This document shows, in pieces, positions 8,593-18,404 of a stretch of 64,000 nucleotides of DNA; within the stretch, counting starts at the first letter, position 1, and every line of letters starts with the position of its first letter. The stretch spans positions 1 to 64,000 of the forward strand of contig CBDCTZ010000015.1 in NCBI GenBank assembly GCA_965222375.1. The letters are read 5' to 3'. The DNA comes from Polyangiaceae bacterium (lineage in GTDB: Bacteria; Myxococcota_A; Polyangia; Polyangiales; Polyangiaceae). Below the pieces are notes generated by a model. It saw only the letters and a program-made list of their open reading frames with translations, had not been told where the DNA came from and did no database searches. The position numbers and the translations under genes are program-made.

Positions 8593-10587
8593 TCAGCGTC
8601 GTTCGGACGGTCTGCGAGCGTGGCGGAGGCGGAGCGTTAGCGAGTTGATCCGACGCCGGAGGTCGCCGCGCCATGCCGGGAGCCGCCGAATGCCGTGGCC
8701 TCGCTGGTAGTAGCGCCAATCATCGTGGGTGACGGTGGCCTCGCGGCAGAAGCCGATGACATAGCCAGCAGCCCGCAGCCGCTGGCTGAAGTCGACGTCT
8801 TCGTCCTCGTAGAAGCCGCGCGCGTCGTCCCAGCGCACAGCAGCGAGGACTTCTCGCTTGGCAACGATCAGTCCACCCGTGATGTATGTGTGATTGTCCT
8901 TCATATCGTAGTCGAGCAGGCGGTGACCGCGCGGGCCTCCCTTCGTCGCGTAGTCCCAAAACCGACTGCCGTCAGCATTCTGGATACCCACAGCCAACGC
9001 ATCGAAGTTCGGGCATTGTTGGCGCAAGGCACGATGAAAGTCGGCGTGAAATATCATGTCGTCGTCGGCGATCACCATGATGGGATGCGTGGCCTGCTCG
9101 ACGAGGGCATTGCGCATGCGCCCAAGCCTGCCCTCGGCCGCGGCTCGCTGCTCGCGCACGTAGCGGGCGCCGCGTCGTGTCACTTCTGCCTCGAGGTCCG
9201 GATCGAGCGAACCCGCGACGAGGACTTCTAAGTGAGGAACACCCAGCTCCAAAATGCTGTCCATTTCGCGGAGGAGCTTCTCGGGGCGGCGTCCGTTCGT
9301 GATGACCCCGAAAGTCACTCGATCCAGTTCATCCTGCTGTGCTGCGCCTCGCCGCTGATCACGAACAACCGCCCGCTCGATCACTTCGAGCAATCGATCC
9401 TCGACTCGAGACCACGCGAATTCCTGCTCAACGTAGCGGCGCCCCGCTGCGCCTTGCTGGCGGCGAAGCTCGGGCTGCTTCAGCAACGACTCGAGCTTTT
9501 CCCCGAAGCTCGACTCTCCGTCGTAGGAATCTCCGCCGCCTCCTCGCCAAGTCAGACCACGCGTCACGGCGCAGCGCCCATTCACAAGCACCGGCTTGCC
9601 GTGCGCCCACGACTCCAGCACCACGAGGGACAAGCTCTCGAAGCGACTTGGCACAATGACGACCTCTGCTCTCGCGAGAAGCGCTTCTTTTTCCACGTCG
9701 CTGACGAAACCGAGCACGACCACGTCGCTTCGGTCTGGGATCCGTGCACCCGCGCGACGCCCCGCCAAGACCAGCTTCAACTCCGCGCCGCGGTAGGTTC
9801 GCCCATCGAACCCTCGAAAGGAGACGTCGCTGTAGCGACGTTTGAATTCGACGAAAGCGGCGCAGAGCTCGCCGACGCCCTTGCTGCGCGACAGGCGCCC
9901 AACGGAGAGGATGAATGGAGCGTCAGGGATGCCCCCCAGACCCAGAGCGCCGGGGGCAGCGTCAGCTTCCGGAAGGTCGATGCCGCAGCCGACGACGACG
10001 CGAGGGATTCCACGGGTGTCGAAGGTTTCATCCACGAAGTCGCGCTCTTCCGGCGTGTTGAAGATCAGCGCACGCGGCGTGGAAAAGACGTGTCGATAGA
10101 TCCGCTGTGTGATCTGCGGCTCGTCGTGGGCTGTAGGGACCAACACAGCACGCTCGCGCACCCGCTGCATGCCGCGAACCGTTGGGTAGTACAGATAGGT
10201 AAAAAAAATGAAGGCATCATAGTGGTAACGGACTTCCGTCAGCCGGTCGAGCAGGTCGGGCAGGTACGGTCCCTGCGCGATCAGCCAAGGCGATTCCAGC
10301 CGCGAGAGCCGAGGACCGTGCATCGTCAACAGCCCGAGGCCGTCGTGGAGCGGGGTGAAGCGCCGGAAAGGCACTGCAAAACGCTCGACTCTGATACCAG
10401 CAACATCGTCCACGCCCGGTGAGTAGTGATTGGCCCAGGTGCGGTAGTCGATCGCGCAACTCGTGAACACCGTGACCGCGCTCACCTCGCTTCGAGCTGC
10501 GAGGTGCTCGGCAACCAGGCGGCAGTGGAGTTCTGCTCCACCGTTGACCTCTGCGCCGTAGCGCTGCACCACGAAGGCGAGCCGCAT
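8593..10587 (-). CDS. Fused GT4 + GT2 glycosyltransferase
   Basis: GT4 part: 'MRLAFVVQRYG..VNGGAE', 'VGRLSRSKG', 'PSRFESLSLVVLES'. GT2 part: 'RN..V..A', 'ADDD', 'EDVDFSQR'. Confidence 0.9.
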   Translation of the reverse strand: MRLAFVVQRYGAEVNGGAELHCRLVAEHLAARSEVSAVTVFTSCAIDYRTWANHYSPGVDDVAGIRVERFAVPFRRFTPLHDGLGLLTMHGPRLSRLESPWLIAQGPYLPDLLDRLTEVRYHYDAFIFFTYLYYPTVRGMQRVRERAVLVPTAHDEPQITQRIYRHVFSTPRALIFNTPEERDFVDETFDTRGIPRVVVGCGIDLPEADAAPGALGLGGIPDAPFILSVGRLSRSKGVGELCAAFVEFKRRYSDVSFRGFDGRTYRGAELKLVLAGRRAGARIPDRSDVVVLGFVSDVEKEALLARAEVVIVPSRFESLSLVVLESWAHGKPVLVNGRCAVTRGLTWRGGGGDSYDGESSFGEKLESLLKQPELRRQQGAAGRRYVEQEFAWSRVEDRLLEVIERAVVRDQRRGAAQQDELDRVTFGVITNGRRPEKLLREMDSILELGVPHLEVLVAGSLDPDLEAEVTRRGARYVREQRAAAEGRLGRMRNALVEQATHPIMVIADDDMIFHADFHRALRQQCPNFDALAVGIQNADGSRFWDYATKGGPRGHRLLDYDMKDNHTYITGGLIVAKREVLAAVRWDDARGFYEDEDVDFSQRLRAAGYVIGFCREATVTHDDWRYYQRGHGIRRLPAWRGDLRRRINSLTLRLRHARRPSERR

Positions 10588-10598
10588 TGCACTGCGTG

Positions 10599-12137
10599 TC
10601 ACTGCCGCGAGTCTCGCACCAGCAGCTCGTAGCGGTCTGCCGCTTGATCCCGAATCTTCTTGGACCCTTTCCGGACGTACCCAGCACGCATGAAGCTTTT
10701 GACACTGGCAGAGTTGCTTGGCTTGATGTAGGCGACCAGGCGCTGAATTCCAAGGCCTCGGGCGAACCGGGTTCCCTGCGTCAGAACCGGCACCGCCAGC
10801 CCGCGACCGCGCGCTTCTGGCGCGAGGTTCAGGCCCACATCTGCTGTATGGCCCGAGGCGTCGATATCGAGTCTGAAGATCCCGCATGCTGCGCCGGCGG
10901 CGTTCGCAACCAGAATCAGTCGCTGAGGGTTGCGGAGGCTCTGTCGAAACCAGGCTTCGTGCTCGTCCGATGCGATGGGCTCGGAAGAGAAAGACGCCCC
11001 TCGGGTATCCGGGTCGTTTGCCCAGCGGAGGATATGGGCTGAGTCATCCGGTGTCGCACGACGCAGTACGACTTCTTGTGGCTGCGTTGGCGCAAGGTGA
11101 CCTTCCCGAAGGGGTGTCTCAGCTGGAAGATCCGCCGCCGCCTTGCTCGCAAGAACTCGCTCGAACTCGGACGGTGGCAGCCCGGGCGGGTGCTCCCCAT
11201 GCCGGAGCACGTCCACGTTGTCGCGCGTGAACGCCTGCCCCGCGCGAACAGGCTGAATCGTGAAGACGCTGCGCCGCGCAAAGCCCCTGAGTTCGTCTTC
11301 CTCGCGCAGCACCAGTTTTTCACCGCTACCGAGAACACTCTCGACGTTTCTGACACCGCGAACGAGTTGTGCGAGCTCCTGGGGCTCCACGGCAAACGCA
11401 TGGTCGGGACCCGGCATGTCGTTCGACAGCGTATAGTGTTTCTCAATCACCGCAGCCCCCAATGCGGTAGCCGTCATCGGGGCGACGACGGGGTCCCGAG
11501 TATGGTCGGACAGACCCGTAGCGACACCAAGGGAATCACGCAATGTGACAACCGCATTGACGTTCGCGGCGTGAGGCGGCGTCGGGTATGCCGCTGTACA
11601 CTGCAGCACCACGAGTTCGTCGCAACCCGCCAGAGTCAGCGTTTCTACTGCGCCACGCGCCTCGTCGATGGTAGACGCACCGGTGGACAGCACGACGGGT
11701 TTGCCCTTCGCGGCCACCCGGCGCAGCAATGGTTCGTGGGTGAGTTCGTATGACGCAACCTTGAAAGCGTCGACATAGGGGTCCAAAACATCCACTGCTT
11801 CTTCGTGAAAAGGGCTGGCGATGAACGCGAGACCCAGCGCGTGAGCCCGTTCGGCTAGTTGCGCCAGCCATTCGACGGGCATCTCCATGGCCTTGATGAT
11901 GTCGAAGATAGGCGTAGCGCTCTTGAGGTAGCCACTTTGCCCCGCGGATTTCGGGTAGAGCCGTTTCGCCTCGAAGGTCTGGAACTTGACTGCATCGGCC
12001 TCGGCTTCGACTGCCACGTCGATCAGACGAAGAGCCGTCTCTAGGCTTCCGTTGTGGTTGCTTCCGGCCTCCGCGATGATGAAGCAGCGGCCTCCTTCGC
12101 CAACACGCTTGCCAAAGATCTGGAAGGACTTCTTCAT
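10599..12137 (-). CDS. pseI: Nonulosonic acid synthase (PseI/NeuB family, with SAF domain) fused to a C-terminal GNAT acetyltransferase (PseH-like)
   Basis: 'IIAEAGSNHNG', 'AVKFQT', 'GLSDHT', 'IEKHYT', then a GNAT domain 'WAND..TR..SF', 'RGRGLA', 'NSASVKSF'. ATGA overlap with the upstream gene. Confidence 0.85.
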   Translation of the reverse strand: MKKSFQIFGKRVGEGGRCFIIAEAGSNHNGSLETALRLIDVAVEAEADAVKFQTFEAKRLYPKSAGQSGYLKSATPIFDIIKAMEMPVEWLAQLAERAHALGLAFIASPFHEEAVDVLDPYVDAFKVASYELTHEPLLRRVAAKGKPVVLSTGASTIDEARGAVETLTLAGCDELVVLQCTAAYPTPPHAANVNAVVTLRDSLGVATGLSDHTRDPVVAPMTATALGAAVIEKHYTLSNDMPGPDHAFAVEPQELAQLVRGVRNVESVLGSGEKLVLREEDELRGFARRSVFTIQPVRAGQAFTRDNVDVLRHGEHPPGLPPSEFERVLASKAAADLPAETPLREGHLAPTQPQEVVLRRATPDDSAHILRWANDPDTRGASFSSEPIASDEHEAWFRQSLRNPQRLILVANAAGAACGIFRLDIDASGHTADVGLNLAPEARGRGLAVPVLTQGTRFARGLGIQRLVAYIKPSNSASVKSFMRAGYVRKGSKKIRDQAADRYELLVRDSRQ

Positions 12138-13942
12138 CCTCGCGATTCCTTTCGATCGACGATATCCAGCAGCGCGTCGATCACCCGCCAAACTCCTCGG
12201 GCGTCCACCAAGCGTCGACCGCGTCGCGAGAGTTCGTCCCGTGCACGCGCGTCGGCGAGCAACTCGGCCGCACGCGATGCCGCTTGCTCCGGGTCCGGTT
12301 CCGTCAGCACGATGGCAGCTCCTGCATTAGCCACGCCAGCGGATACTACACGTTGATTGTCCGCGGTGGGCAGAAGCACACACGGAACTCCCAGAGCCAG
12401 GGCCTCATAGGCCGTGGTGCCGGCAGCGGCGATCAGCACATCAAAGCGACACCACTGCTCCTCGACCGCCACGACGTCCTGAAGCACCACGAGTCTTGGG
12501 TCACGCTGACTCAGCTCCTCCAGCGCCCGCAGCTGGCTCGCACAGGCGCCACTGCCCATCACCGCACAGACCTCTTGGTTTGCCAGATGTCCGAGCAGGG
12601 CACGCGCCGTCGGGAGGGTCAGGCTCAACGGATCGAGTCCACCGAATGCGATCCCCACGGCCTGCATCGAGTCCGCTGACGCTGTCGTTGGAACTCGTTC
12701 GACTGCAGAGCGCAGGCCGCGTCGAAGCAGAATGTAGTCCGCACCAAGCAATAGTCGGGTCGTCGTCTCGCCGTAGCTAGCCGCATCGGCCCCCGCGTTT
12801 TGGTTTATCAACAGCGGCGCGACCGGACCCGATGCCATGAGGTCGTCGATGACCGCGAGGGGCAACTCCCGGGCAATCGCGCCGTGATAGTCGTTGTCGA
12901 AAGCGTAGCCATCTAGGATGACGGCCGCAGCAGACACCTCATGTGCGAGTGCCACAGTCTCGGCGGCTTCCCCGCTGCCTGGCAGCCTCACTTCGATTCC
13001 AGCTTGCGCCAGGCGCTGCGCCTGCCCCGCGCCCACCCCGGCCCCAAACAGGATGGAGCGGCCACCCGACTCCGTCCACGCGTCGAGCAGCGCCTCCACT
13101 CGTGTCAAATGACCCGAACCGATTCGCGCACCGCCGTCCGCTCGTGCAATCAGAGTGCGCCCAGCAATACGCCGAGCGCGCAGGGTAGCTTCCCCCTCAG
13201 TCGTCTTTTGGATGCCGGCGCGGTTCCGACCCACGACGTCTGGGTGTGCACCCAGCCACTCCAGAATGGCATCTAGGGAAGCATCGGGGCCGAGCGCGTC
13301 GACAACCGCGCGCACGACCTCGAAGTCGCTCGCGGTGTCAACCGTCAGGCGGTACATTGAGCCATCTGGGCCCGGTCGATGAGTGATCAACGTACGGAAA
13401 CGGTTGGGCGTCCGATAGAGGTACGGTGTCACATGTTCACGATCACCGGCGTTGGTCGCTTCGCGCGCTGCGCAAAGTAGCGCCTCTCGGCGCATCACTT
13501 CCACGTCCTGCCCGCGCGGGATCCTCCGCACCTCCCCCGCTTGGTTGCTTGCGTAGTCAACCTCGTAATCGGTGCCGAGCCGCACAGAGAACTCCTCCAG
13601 AACGCGGTCGAGTTCCCTGGGATCGAGGAGCGGGCAGTCGGCGGTCAACCGCACGACGGTGCTTGCGTGGCGATGCGTGAGCGCTTGCTCGAAGCGGGCC
13701 AGCACATCGTCCGACGCTCCGCGCTCACAGGCTATGCCGAGGTCTCGCGCGGCAAGTTCGAGGGAATCGTCGTATCCCTCGCGGGTCGTGCACAGGACGA
13801 TCTCGGGCTGGAACCTCGAGCGGCGGACGCGGTGGATTAGGTGTTCGAGTAGAGACGATTCGCCAGCGCGTAGCAGTACCTTGCCCGGCAGTCGGGACGA
13901 CCCCATTCGCGCCTGGATCAGCACCAGTGGTCGCGAACTCAT
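12134..13942 (-). CDS. SpsF-type cytidylyltransferase (PseF role) fused to a PseG-like UDP-sugar hydrolase
   Basis: N-half: 'IQARMGSSRLPGKVL', 'VRLTADCP', 'REHVTPY', 'RLTVDT'. C-half: 'ADGGARIGSGHLTR', 'LDGY', 'IDD', 'FGGLD', 'AAGTT.YE', 'ADNQ'. Confidence 0.85.
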   Translation of the reverse strand: MSSRPLVLIQARMGSSRLPGKVLLRAGESSLLEHLIHRVRRSRFQPEIVLCTTREGYDDSLELAARDLGIACERGASDDVLARFEQALTHRHASTVVRLTADCPLLDPRELDRVLEEFSVRLGTDYEVDYASNQAGEVRRIPRGQDVEVMRREALLCAAREATNAGDREHVTPYLYRTPNRFRTLITHRPGPDGSMYRLTVDTASDFEVVRAVVDALGPDASLDAILEWLGAHPDVVGRNRAGIQKTTEGEATLRARRIAGRTLIARADGGARIGSGHLTRVEALLDAWTESGGRSILFGAGVGAGQAQRLAQAGIEVRLPGSGEAAETVALAHEVSAAAVILDGYAFDNDYHGAIARELPLAVIDDLMASGPVAPLLINQNAGADAASYGETTTRLLLGADYILLRRGLRSAVERVPTTASADSMQAVGIAFGGLDPLSLTLPTARALLGHLANQEVCAVMGSGACASQLRALEELSQRDPRLVVLQDVVAVEEQWCRFDVLIAAAGTTAYEALALGVPCVLLPTADNQRVVSAGVANAGAAIVLTEPDPEQAASRAAELLADARARDELSRRGRRLVDARGVWRVIDALLDIVDRKESRG

Positions 13943-15108
13943 CTTTTCAGAGCGTGCTGCAGCGAATGGACCACTCGCTCCACGTCCTGGTCCGAGAGCG
14001 TCGGGTACAAGGGTAGAGAAAGCGTACGAGCGTAGTAGGCATTGGCTCCAGGGAATGCGCTGGGGTCGTACCCGCGGTCTTCATAGAACGGTTGAGCTGG
14101 AACTGGGATATAGTGAACCTGAGAGCCGATGCCGCCACTCCGCAAGCGGTTCATCACGTCGGCGCGAGTGCACCCAAGCCGATCGAAGTCCACGAGGACT
14201 GAGTACAAGTGGTACGCGCTGAGTCGATCTTGGTGGGACGGCGCGACGGGGGTTACCGAAGCAACCGAAGCCAATCGCTGGTCGTAGATGTGAGCCAATT
14301 CCCTGCGGCGCTTCACGAAACGATCTAGCTTGGCGAGTTGACTCGTGCCCAGTGCACACTGCAGGTCGGTAATGCGGTAGTTGAACCCAAGCGCCTGCTG
14401 TTCGTAGTACCAAGGCCCAGGTGACTCCCTGCGCAGGGACGCGCCATCGTGCACCATCCCGTGGTTGCGAAACTGACGGAGTCGCTTGTAGAGCTCAGCG
14501 TCATTGGTGAGAACAGCACCGCCCTCTCCGCTGGTAATGTGCTTCACTGGGTGAAACGACAAGACCGTCATGTCGGACCAATCTCCGGCTCCGATCGGCC
14601 GATCATGGTAGCGCGCCCCCAACGCGTGCGCAGCATCCTCAATCACGACCGCACCCCGGGACCGTGCGAATTCAGAAATGGGCTTCAAGTCCACGGGCAT
14701 ACCGGTGAGGTGCACGGGGACAACGGCACGAGTACGCGGAGTCCAGGCGCGCTCTAGATCGCTCAAAGTGAGTAGGCCGCTGTCTGCGTCGACGTCGGCG
14801 AAGACGGGCTTCGCGCTGAGATACAGCGCTGCGTTCGCCGTCGCCAGAAACGTCATGGCCGGCACGACGACGTCGTCGCCGGCGCCCAGTCCGGCTGCGA
14901 AGTATGCGGCGTGTAGCGCAGCCGTCCCGGTCGCCACGGCCACCGCAAAGCGCGCCTGCAGCGCAGCCGCGAGCGCTTCTTCGAACTCAGCGACACGCGG
15001 CCCGGTTGTCAGGTAGTCCGAGCGCAACGCGCTGACCACGGCTGCGACATCGTCGTCTTCGACACACTGCCTGCCGTAGGGAAGAAATGGTGTATCTGAC
15101 GACGACAT
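13939..15108 (-). CDS. pseC: UDP-4-amino-4,6-dideoxy-N-acetyl-beta-L-altrosamine transaminase (DegT family)
   Basis: 'LPYGRQ', 'LTTGP', 'EDAAHALG', 'SFHPVKHITSGEGG', 'WYYEQQALGFNYR', 'QVHYIPV'. Confidence 0.9.
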   Translation of the reverse strand: MSSSDTPFLPYGRQCVEDDDVAAVVSALRSDYLTTGPRVAEFEEALAAALQARFAVAVATGTAALHAAYFAAGLGAGDDVVVPAMTFLATANAALYLSAKPVFADVDADSGLLTLSDLERAWTPRTRAVVPVHLTGMPVDLKPISEFARSRGAVVIEDAAHALGARYHDRPIGAGDWSDMTVLSFHPVKHITSGEGGAVLTNDAELYKRLRQFRNHGMVHDGASLRRESPGPWYYEQQALGFNYRITDLQCALGTSQLAKLDRFVKRRRELAHIYDQRLASVASVTPVAPSHQDRLSAYHLYSVLVDFDRLGCTRADVMNRLRSGGIGSQVHYIPVPAQPFYEDRGYDPSAFPGANAYYARTLSLPLYPTLSDQDVERVVHSLQHALKR

Positions 15109-15237
15109 CGCCGCGTGTTCTAGCGCCGCGTGTGCGCCATGTCGACCCCGCGCCGCCCCTTGAGACTCGCCCACTCACGGCGCGGGCTGTAGCGCCGGGA
15201 TGGCCGTGCACTACGCGATGTAGTAGACGTGCGGAAC

Positions 15238-16260
15238 ATGTCTCCGATTCCCGAATTTGATCGACCGTTGCTCCCGGACCCGCCGGATCTGTCGGGCGCG
15301 GTCATCCTGGTGACGGGTGGGACCGGGTCGTTCGGTCAGGCATTCCTGCGCCATGTGCTTGCGCACCATCAACCCGAAAAGGTCGTTCTGTTCTCTCGGG
15401 ACGAGCAAAAGCACTTCGCCCTCCAAAACCAGCTTCCGGACAAACGAGTCCGCTACTTCATTGGCGATGTCCGAGATGCCGCACGCCTGTCGCGCGCGCT
15501 CGATGGCGTGGACATCGTCATCCACGCGGCCGCGATGAAGCACGTATCCTTGGCCGAATACAATCCGATCGAAGCTATCCGAACCAACATCGATGGCGCT
15601 TCCAACCTGGTCGAGGCGGCACTCGAGCGCCGCGTGTCACACATAGTCGCCCTGTCGACCGACAAAGCTGCCAGTCCGGTGAATCTGTACGGCGCCACCA
15701 AGCTGTGCATGGAGAAACTGCTGGTGGCGGCCAACTCCTACGCGGGCGGCCGCAAGACTCGCTTTGACCTCGTTCGCTACGGCAATGTGGTGGGCAGCAA
15801 GGGAAGCGTGGTGCCGCTTTTCCGAACCCAGCGCGAGCAGGGCAAGCTCACGGTCACGGAGCCATCGATGACTCGATTCTGGATCGGCATGAATCGAGCG
15901 ATCGATCTCGTGCTGCTCGCTCTAAAGGACGCCCGAGGAGGAGAGGTACTCGTGCCCAAGTTGCCCGCGTGCCGCGTCGACGTATTGGCCGAAGCCATCG
16001 CGCCGGGCGTGCCCGTCGAGGTATCCGGAATTCGCCCCGGTGAGAAGCTCCACGAGACGCTGATCACCGCTGATGAAGCGCGAAACGTCGTTGAGCTCGA
16101 CCAGCACTTCGTGATTCGGCCGTCGTTTCCCTGGTGGGGCGGCCCTGGGCGCGACAACGGCAAGCCGGTACCGCCAAACTTCCACTACACCAGCGATATC
16201 GCAACCCAACTGAACGTCGTGCAAACGCGCGATCTGCTGAAGTCACTGAAGCTGGACTGA
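15238..16260 (+). CDS. pseB: UDP-N-acetylglucosamine 4,6-dehydratase (inverting)
   Basis: 'TGGTGSFG', 'SRDE.K', 'HAAAMKHV..AEYNP.E', 'STDKA..P.NLYGATK', 'RYGNVVGS', 'GIRPGEKLHE'. Confidence 0.92.
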   Translation: MSPIPEFDRPLLPDPPDLSGAVILVTGGTGSFGQAFLRHVLAHHQPEKVVLFSRDEQKHFALQNQLPDKRVRYFIGDVRDAARLSRALDGVDIVIHAAAMKHVSLAEYNPIEAIRTNIDGASNLVEAALERRVSHIVALSTDKAASPVNLYGATKLCMEKLLVAANSYAGGRKTRFDLVRYGNVVGSKGSVVPLFRTQREQGKLTVTEPSMTRFWIGMNRAIDLVLLALKDARGGEVLVPKLPACRVDVLAEAIAPGVPVEVSGIRPGEKLHETLITADEARNVVELDQHFVIRPSFPWWGGPGRDNGKPVPPNFHYTSDIATQLNVVQTRDLLKSLKLD

Positions 16261-16361
16261 ACGGCGCAGTCAGCCGTCTACGGAGGCATCCAGCGCTAGG
16301 CAAGTCGGACAAGGCGCCACGCTCTTGACGAAGAGCGCCCGCAAGTGCACCTCTTGGACCC

Positions 16362-17009
16362 TTGCTCTCCCTGGCGACGCAAATCCTCATGGTACTGCAG
16401 TGCTTGCCGCAGCCCCAGTACTTGCCGGGCACGCAGCCGGAGACACCTGAAGAGACCCGCATCCGCTACTCAACCATTGCGACGGCGGTCGCTCTGAGCG
16501 CACGGGGCGCTACTTGTGAGGGGCAAGCTCCAGACTGTGTGCGGATCTGGCCAGGACCGACTTGGCAGATGGCGGCTCTCCTGGTTACCGAAGCGTGGTT
16601 CGAGTCACGACTGATGTGGCGGGTTCATGCGGGCAAGTGTGGGCCAGGTGAATGCGACCCACTGCGGCGCGGTTCTGAGATCGTGCACCGATCGCGTTCG
16701 CTATGGCAGATTCAACACAGTGAGCTCGTGTCACGCAGCGAGTGGAAGACCTTGAGTGGCACCGATCTCATCTCGACCATGCGCGCTTCGTGGGCAGCAG
16801 CGCGGATCTTGGCTGCGGCGCGCAGGCTGTGTTCACCCTATGGTGGCTTCTCGCCAGAGTCGACCATGGCTGCGTATGCCACCGGTAGCAAATGCACGTT
16901 CTCGCAGTCCAAGATACGCGCGCATTGGTACATGAAGGTCGCCGCACAGCTGCGCAGCCCCACAACACCTCCCCAATGCTCGGCCGCTAGGCGCCCCAGC
17001 GCGCCTTGA
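16362..17009 (+). CDS. Hypothetical secreted protein with lysozyme/lytic-transglycosylase-like motifs
   Basis: Hydrophobic N-terminus; 'FES', 'SLWQI', 'AAYATG' occur in the order of SLT motifs I-III. Confidence 0.55.
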   Translation: MLSLATQILMVLQCLPQPQYLPGTQPETPEETRIRYSTIATAVALSARGATCEGQAPDCVRIWPGPTWQMAALLVTEAWFESRLMWRVHAGKCGPGECDPLRRGSEIVHRSRSLWQIQHSELVSRSEWKTLSGTDLISTMRASWAAARILAAARRLCSPYGGFSPESTMAAYATGSKCTFSQSKIRAHWYMKVAAQLRSPTTPPQCSAARRPSAP

Positions 17010-17895
17010 CCAGTCCGACTATCCGCCCCGTGCGGTCCGCGGCGCGGGTTTCCGCCAAGACCGTCGCGTAGTCGTTGCCTCGGAGCCGATTGAACAAGCT
17101 CAAATAGCCATTCGCCACGGCAAGCCCGCCGTTCTTCAGCAATGCTGGGACCAGCCGGGCTGTGGGTGCGCGCAGCAGCCCGTCCGAGACCCCCTTGTCG
17201 TAGGAGTTCCGACGAAAGAACCCGGCAGACGCGCGAGCCTCGTCGATCACGTGATAGATTCGCGCGGTCGGGGCGTAGACGATGGGCACGCCCATCTTCT
17301 TCAAGCGCAGGCTCAATTCGATGTCTTCGGAATACCCGGCCGTCCCTTTGCCGAGGTCTTCACGAAAAGCCCGCACCGCTTCGAATAGACTGCGCTCGAA
17401 GAACATGTTGCCACCGTACATGTGAATGCCGGCGGGACCTTCCGGGTGGTCTTCGGTTTGACCCAGCACTGTCACGAGGCGACCACGCAGCCAATCCGGG
17501 CGCTGCTGAGTGAACTTCAGAGCTATGGCGCCTTGCTGGGCGCGTGAGCCATACTTCTCGGCCACGCGAAGGTGCTCTCGCGCGGCGTCAGGGTCCACGA
17601 GCTGGTCATCATCGGTGAAGAAGACGAACCGACCGTCAGCTTCCAAAATGCCGCGGTTGCGAGCAGCCGAAAGCCCCGGGGTCGACTCGACCACATAGCG
17701 AATCGGGAAGGAGGCCCGCAGTCTGAACTCCTCCACCACGTCCTTGGTATTGTCCGTAGAACCATTGTCGACCAGCACGAGTTCCACCCCGTTTGGGGTC
17801 GGTCGGATCTGAAGCAGGCTCTCGAGGGCGTCGACCAACAGCTTCGCCCGGTTCTTCGTGCACAGCACGATGGACACATCCGGCGGCGCGGGCAT
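16987..17895 (-). CDS. GT2 family glycosyltransferase
   Basis: 'VSIVLCTKNR', 'VDNGSTD', 'GLSAARNRG', 'FTDDD', 'ED.EL'. Confidence 0.92.
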   Translation of the reverse strand: MPAPPDVSIVLCTKNRAKLLVDALESLLQIRPTPNGVELVLVDNGSTDNTKDVVEEFRLRASFPIRYVVESTPGLSAARNRGILEADGRFVFFTDDDQLVDPDAAREHLRVAEKYGSRAQQGAIALKFTQQRPDWLRGRLVTVLGQTEDHPEGPAGIHMYGGNMFFERSLFEAVRAFREDLGKGTAGYSEDIELSLRLKKMGVPIVYAPTARIYHVIDEARASAGFFRRNSYDKGVSDGLLRAPTARLVPALLKNGGLAVANGYLSLFNRLRGNDYATVLAETRAADRTGRIVGLVKARWGA

Positions 17896-17987
17896 ACGCA
17901 GACCCTAGCAGGCCAAAACAGGCCAAAAACAGTTCCGCGCAGGGCTTGTAAGTGCCGTCGGCCCCGGGCCACTTCAGACTCGAGACT

Positions 17988-18257
17988 GTGAAGAACCACA
18001 TTTGGGGATTGAGGACTATTCGCTGTGGCGGCGAATCCGAGTGTCATGTCAAGCACAACGTCTACGAGCAGGCCTTCGAAGTCATGAATCAGCCTAGCTG
18101 GACCGGCAAGCTGCTGTTCATGGCAGCCACCTCCTCCAAGCCGCATAGCTTCGAATGCAACCGGCTCGAGGACGGCAAGCTCGTCGTCGAAATGGAGGGC
18201 GGCGTGGATCGCGTCGGTGGCGCGGACCATGTGACCACGGGCTGCCCCAACCTCTGA
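17988..18257 (+). CDS. Small hypothetical protein
   Basis: Protein-like composition with GC-rich third positions, filling an intergenic gap. Start uncertain (GTG 17988). Confidence 0.35.
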   Translation: MKNHIWGLRTIRCGGESECHVKHNVYEQAFEVMNQPSWTGKLLFMAATSSKPHSFECNRLEDGKLVVEMEGGVDRVGGADHVTTGCPNL

Positions 18258-18404
18258 ACACGTCGGAGCGGCACCGATTCGTCGACGGCCTCAGCGCTAG
18301 GCGCGGCCTTTTGTCCTGCCAATCGCAGGACTTGGCCCAAACCGATAGCGCGCCGCCAGTTTTGGGGTCCTCGTGGCGAGCAAGAACCGTTACATTCGAG
18401 GGTC

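Noticed and set aside
17908..17931. Short direct repeat CAGGCCAAAA x2 upstream of the GT2 gene (and GGGCCAAGC.GGGCC x2 near 1120-1163)
   Set aside because: Two copies of a short motif are not enough to call an operator without comparative data.
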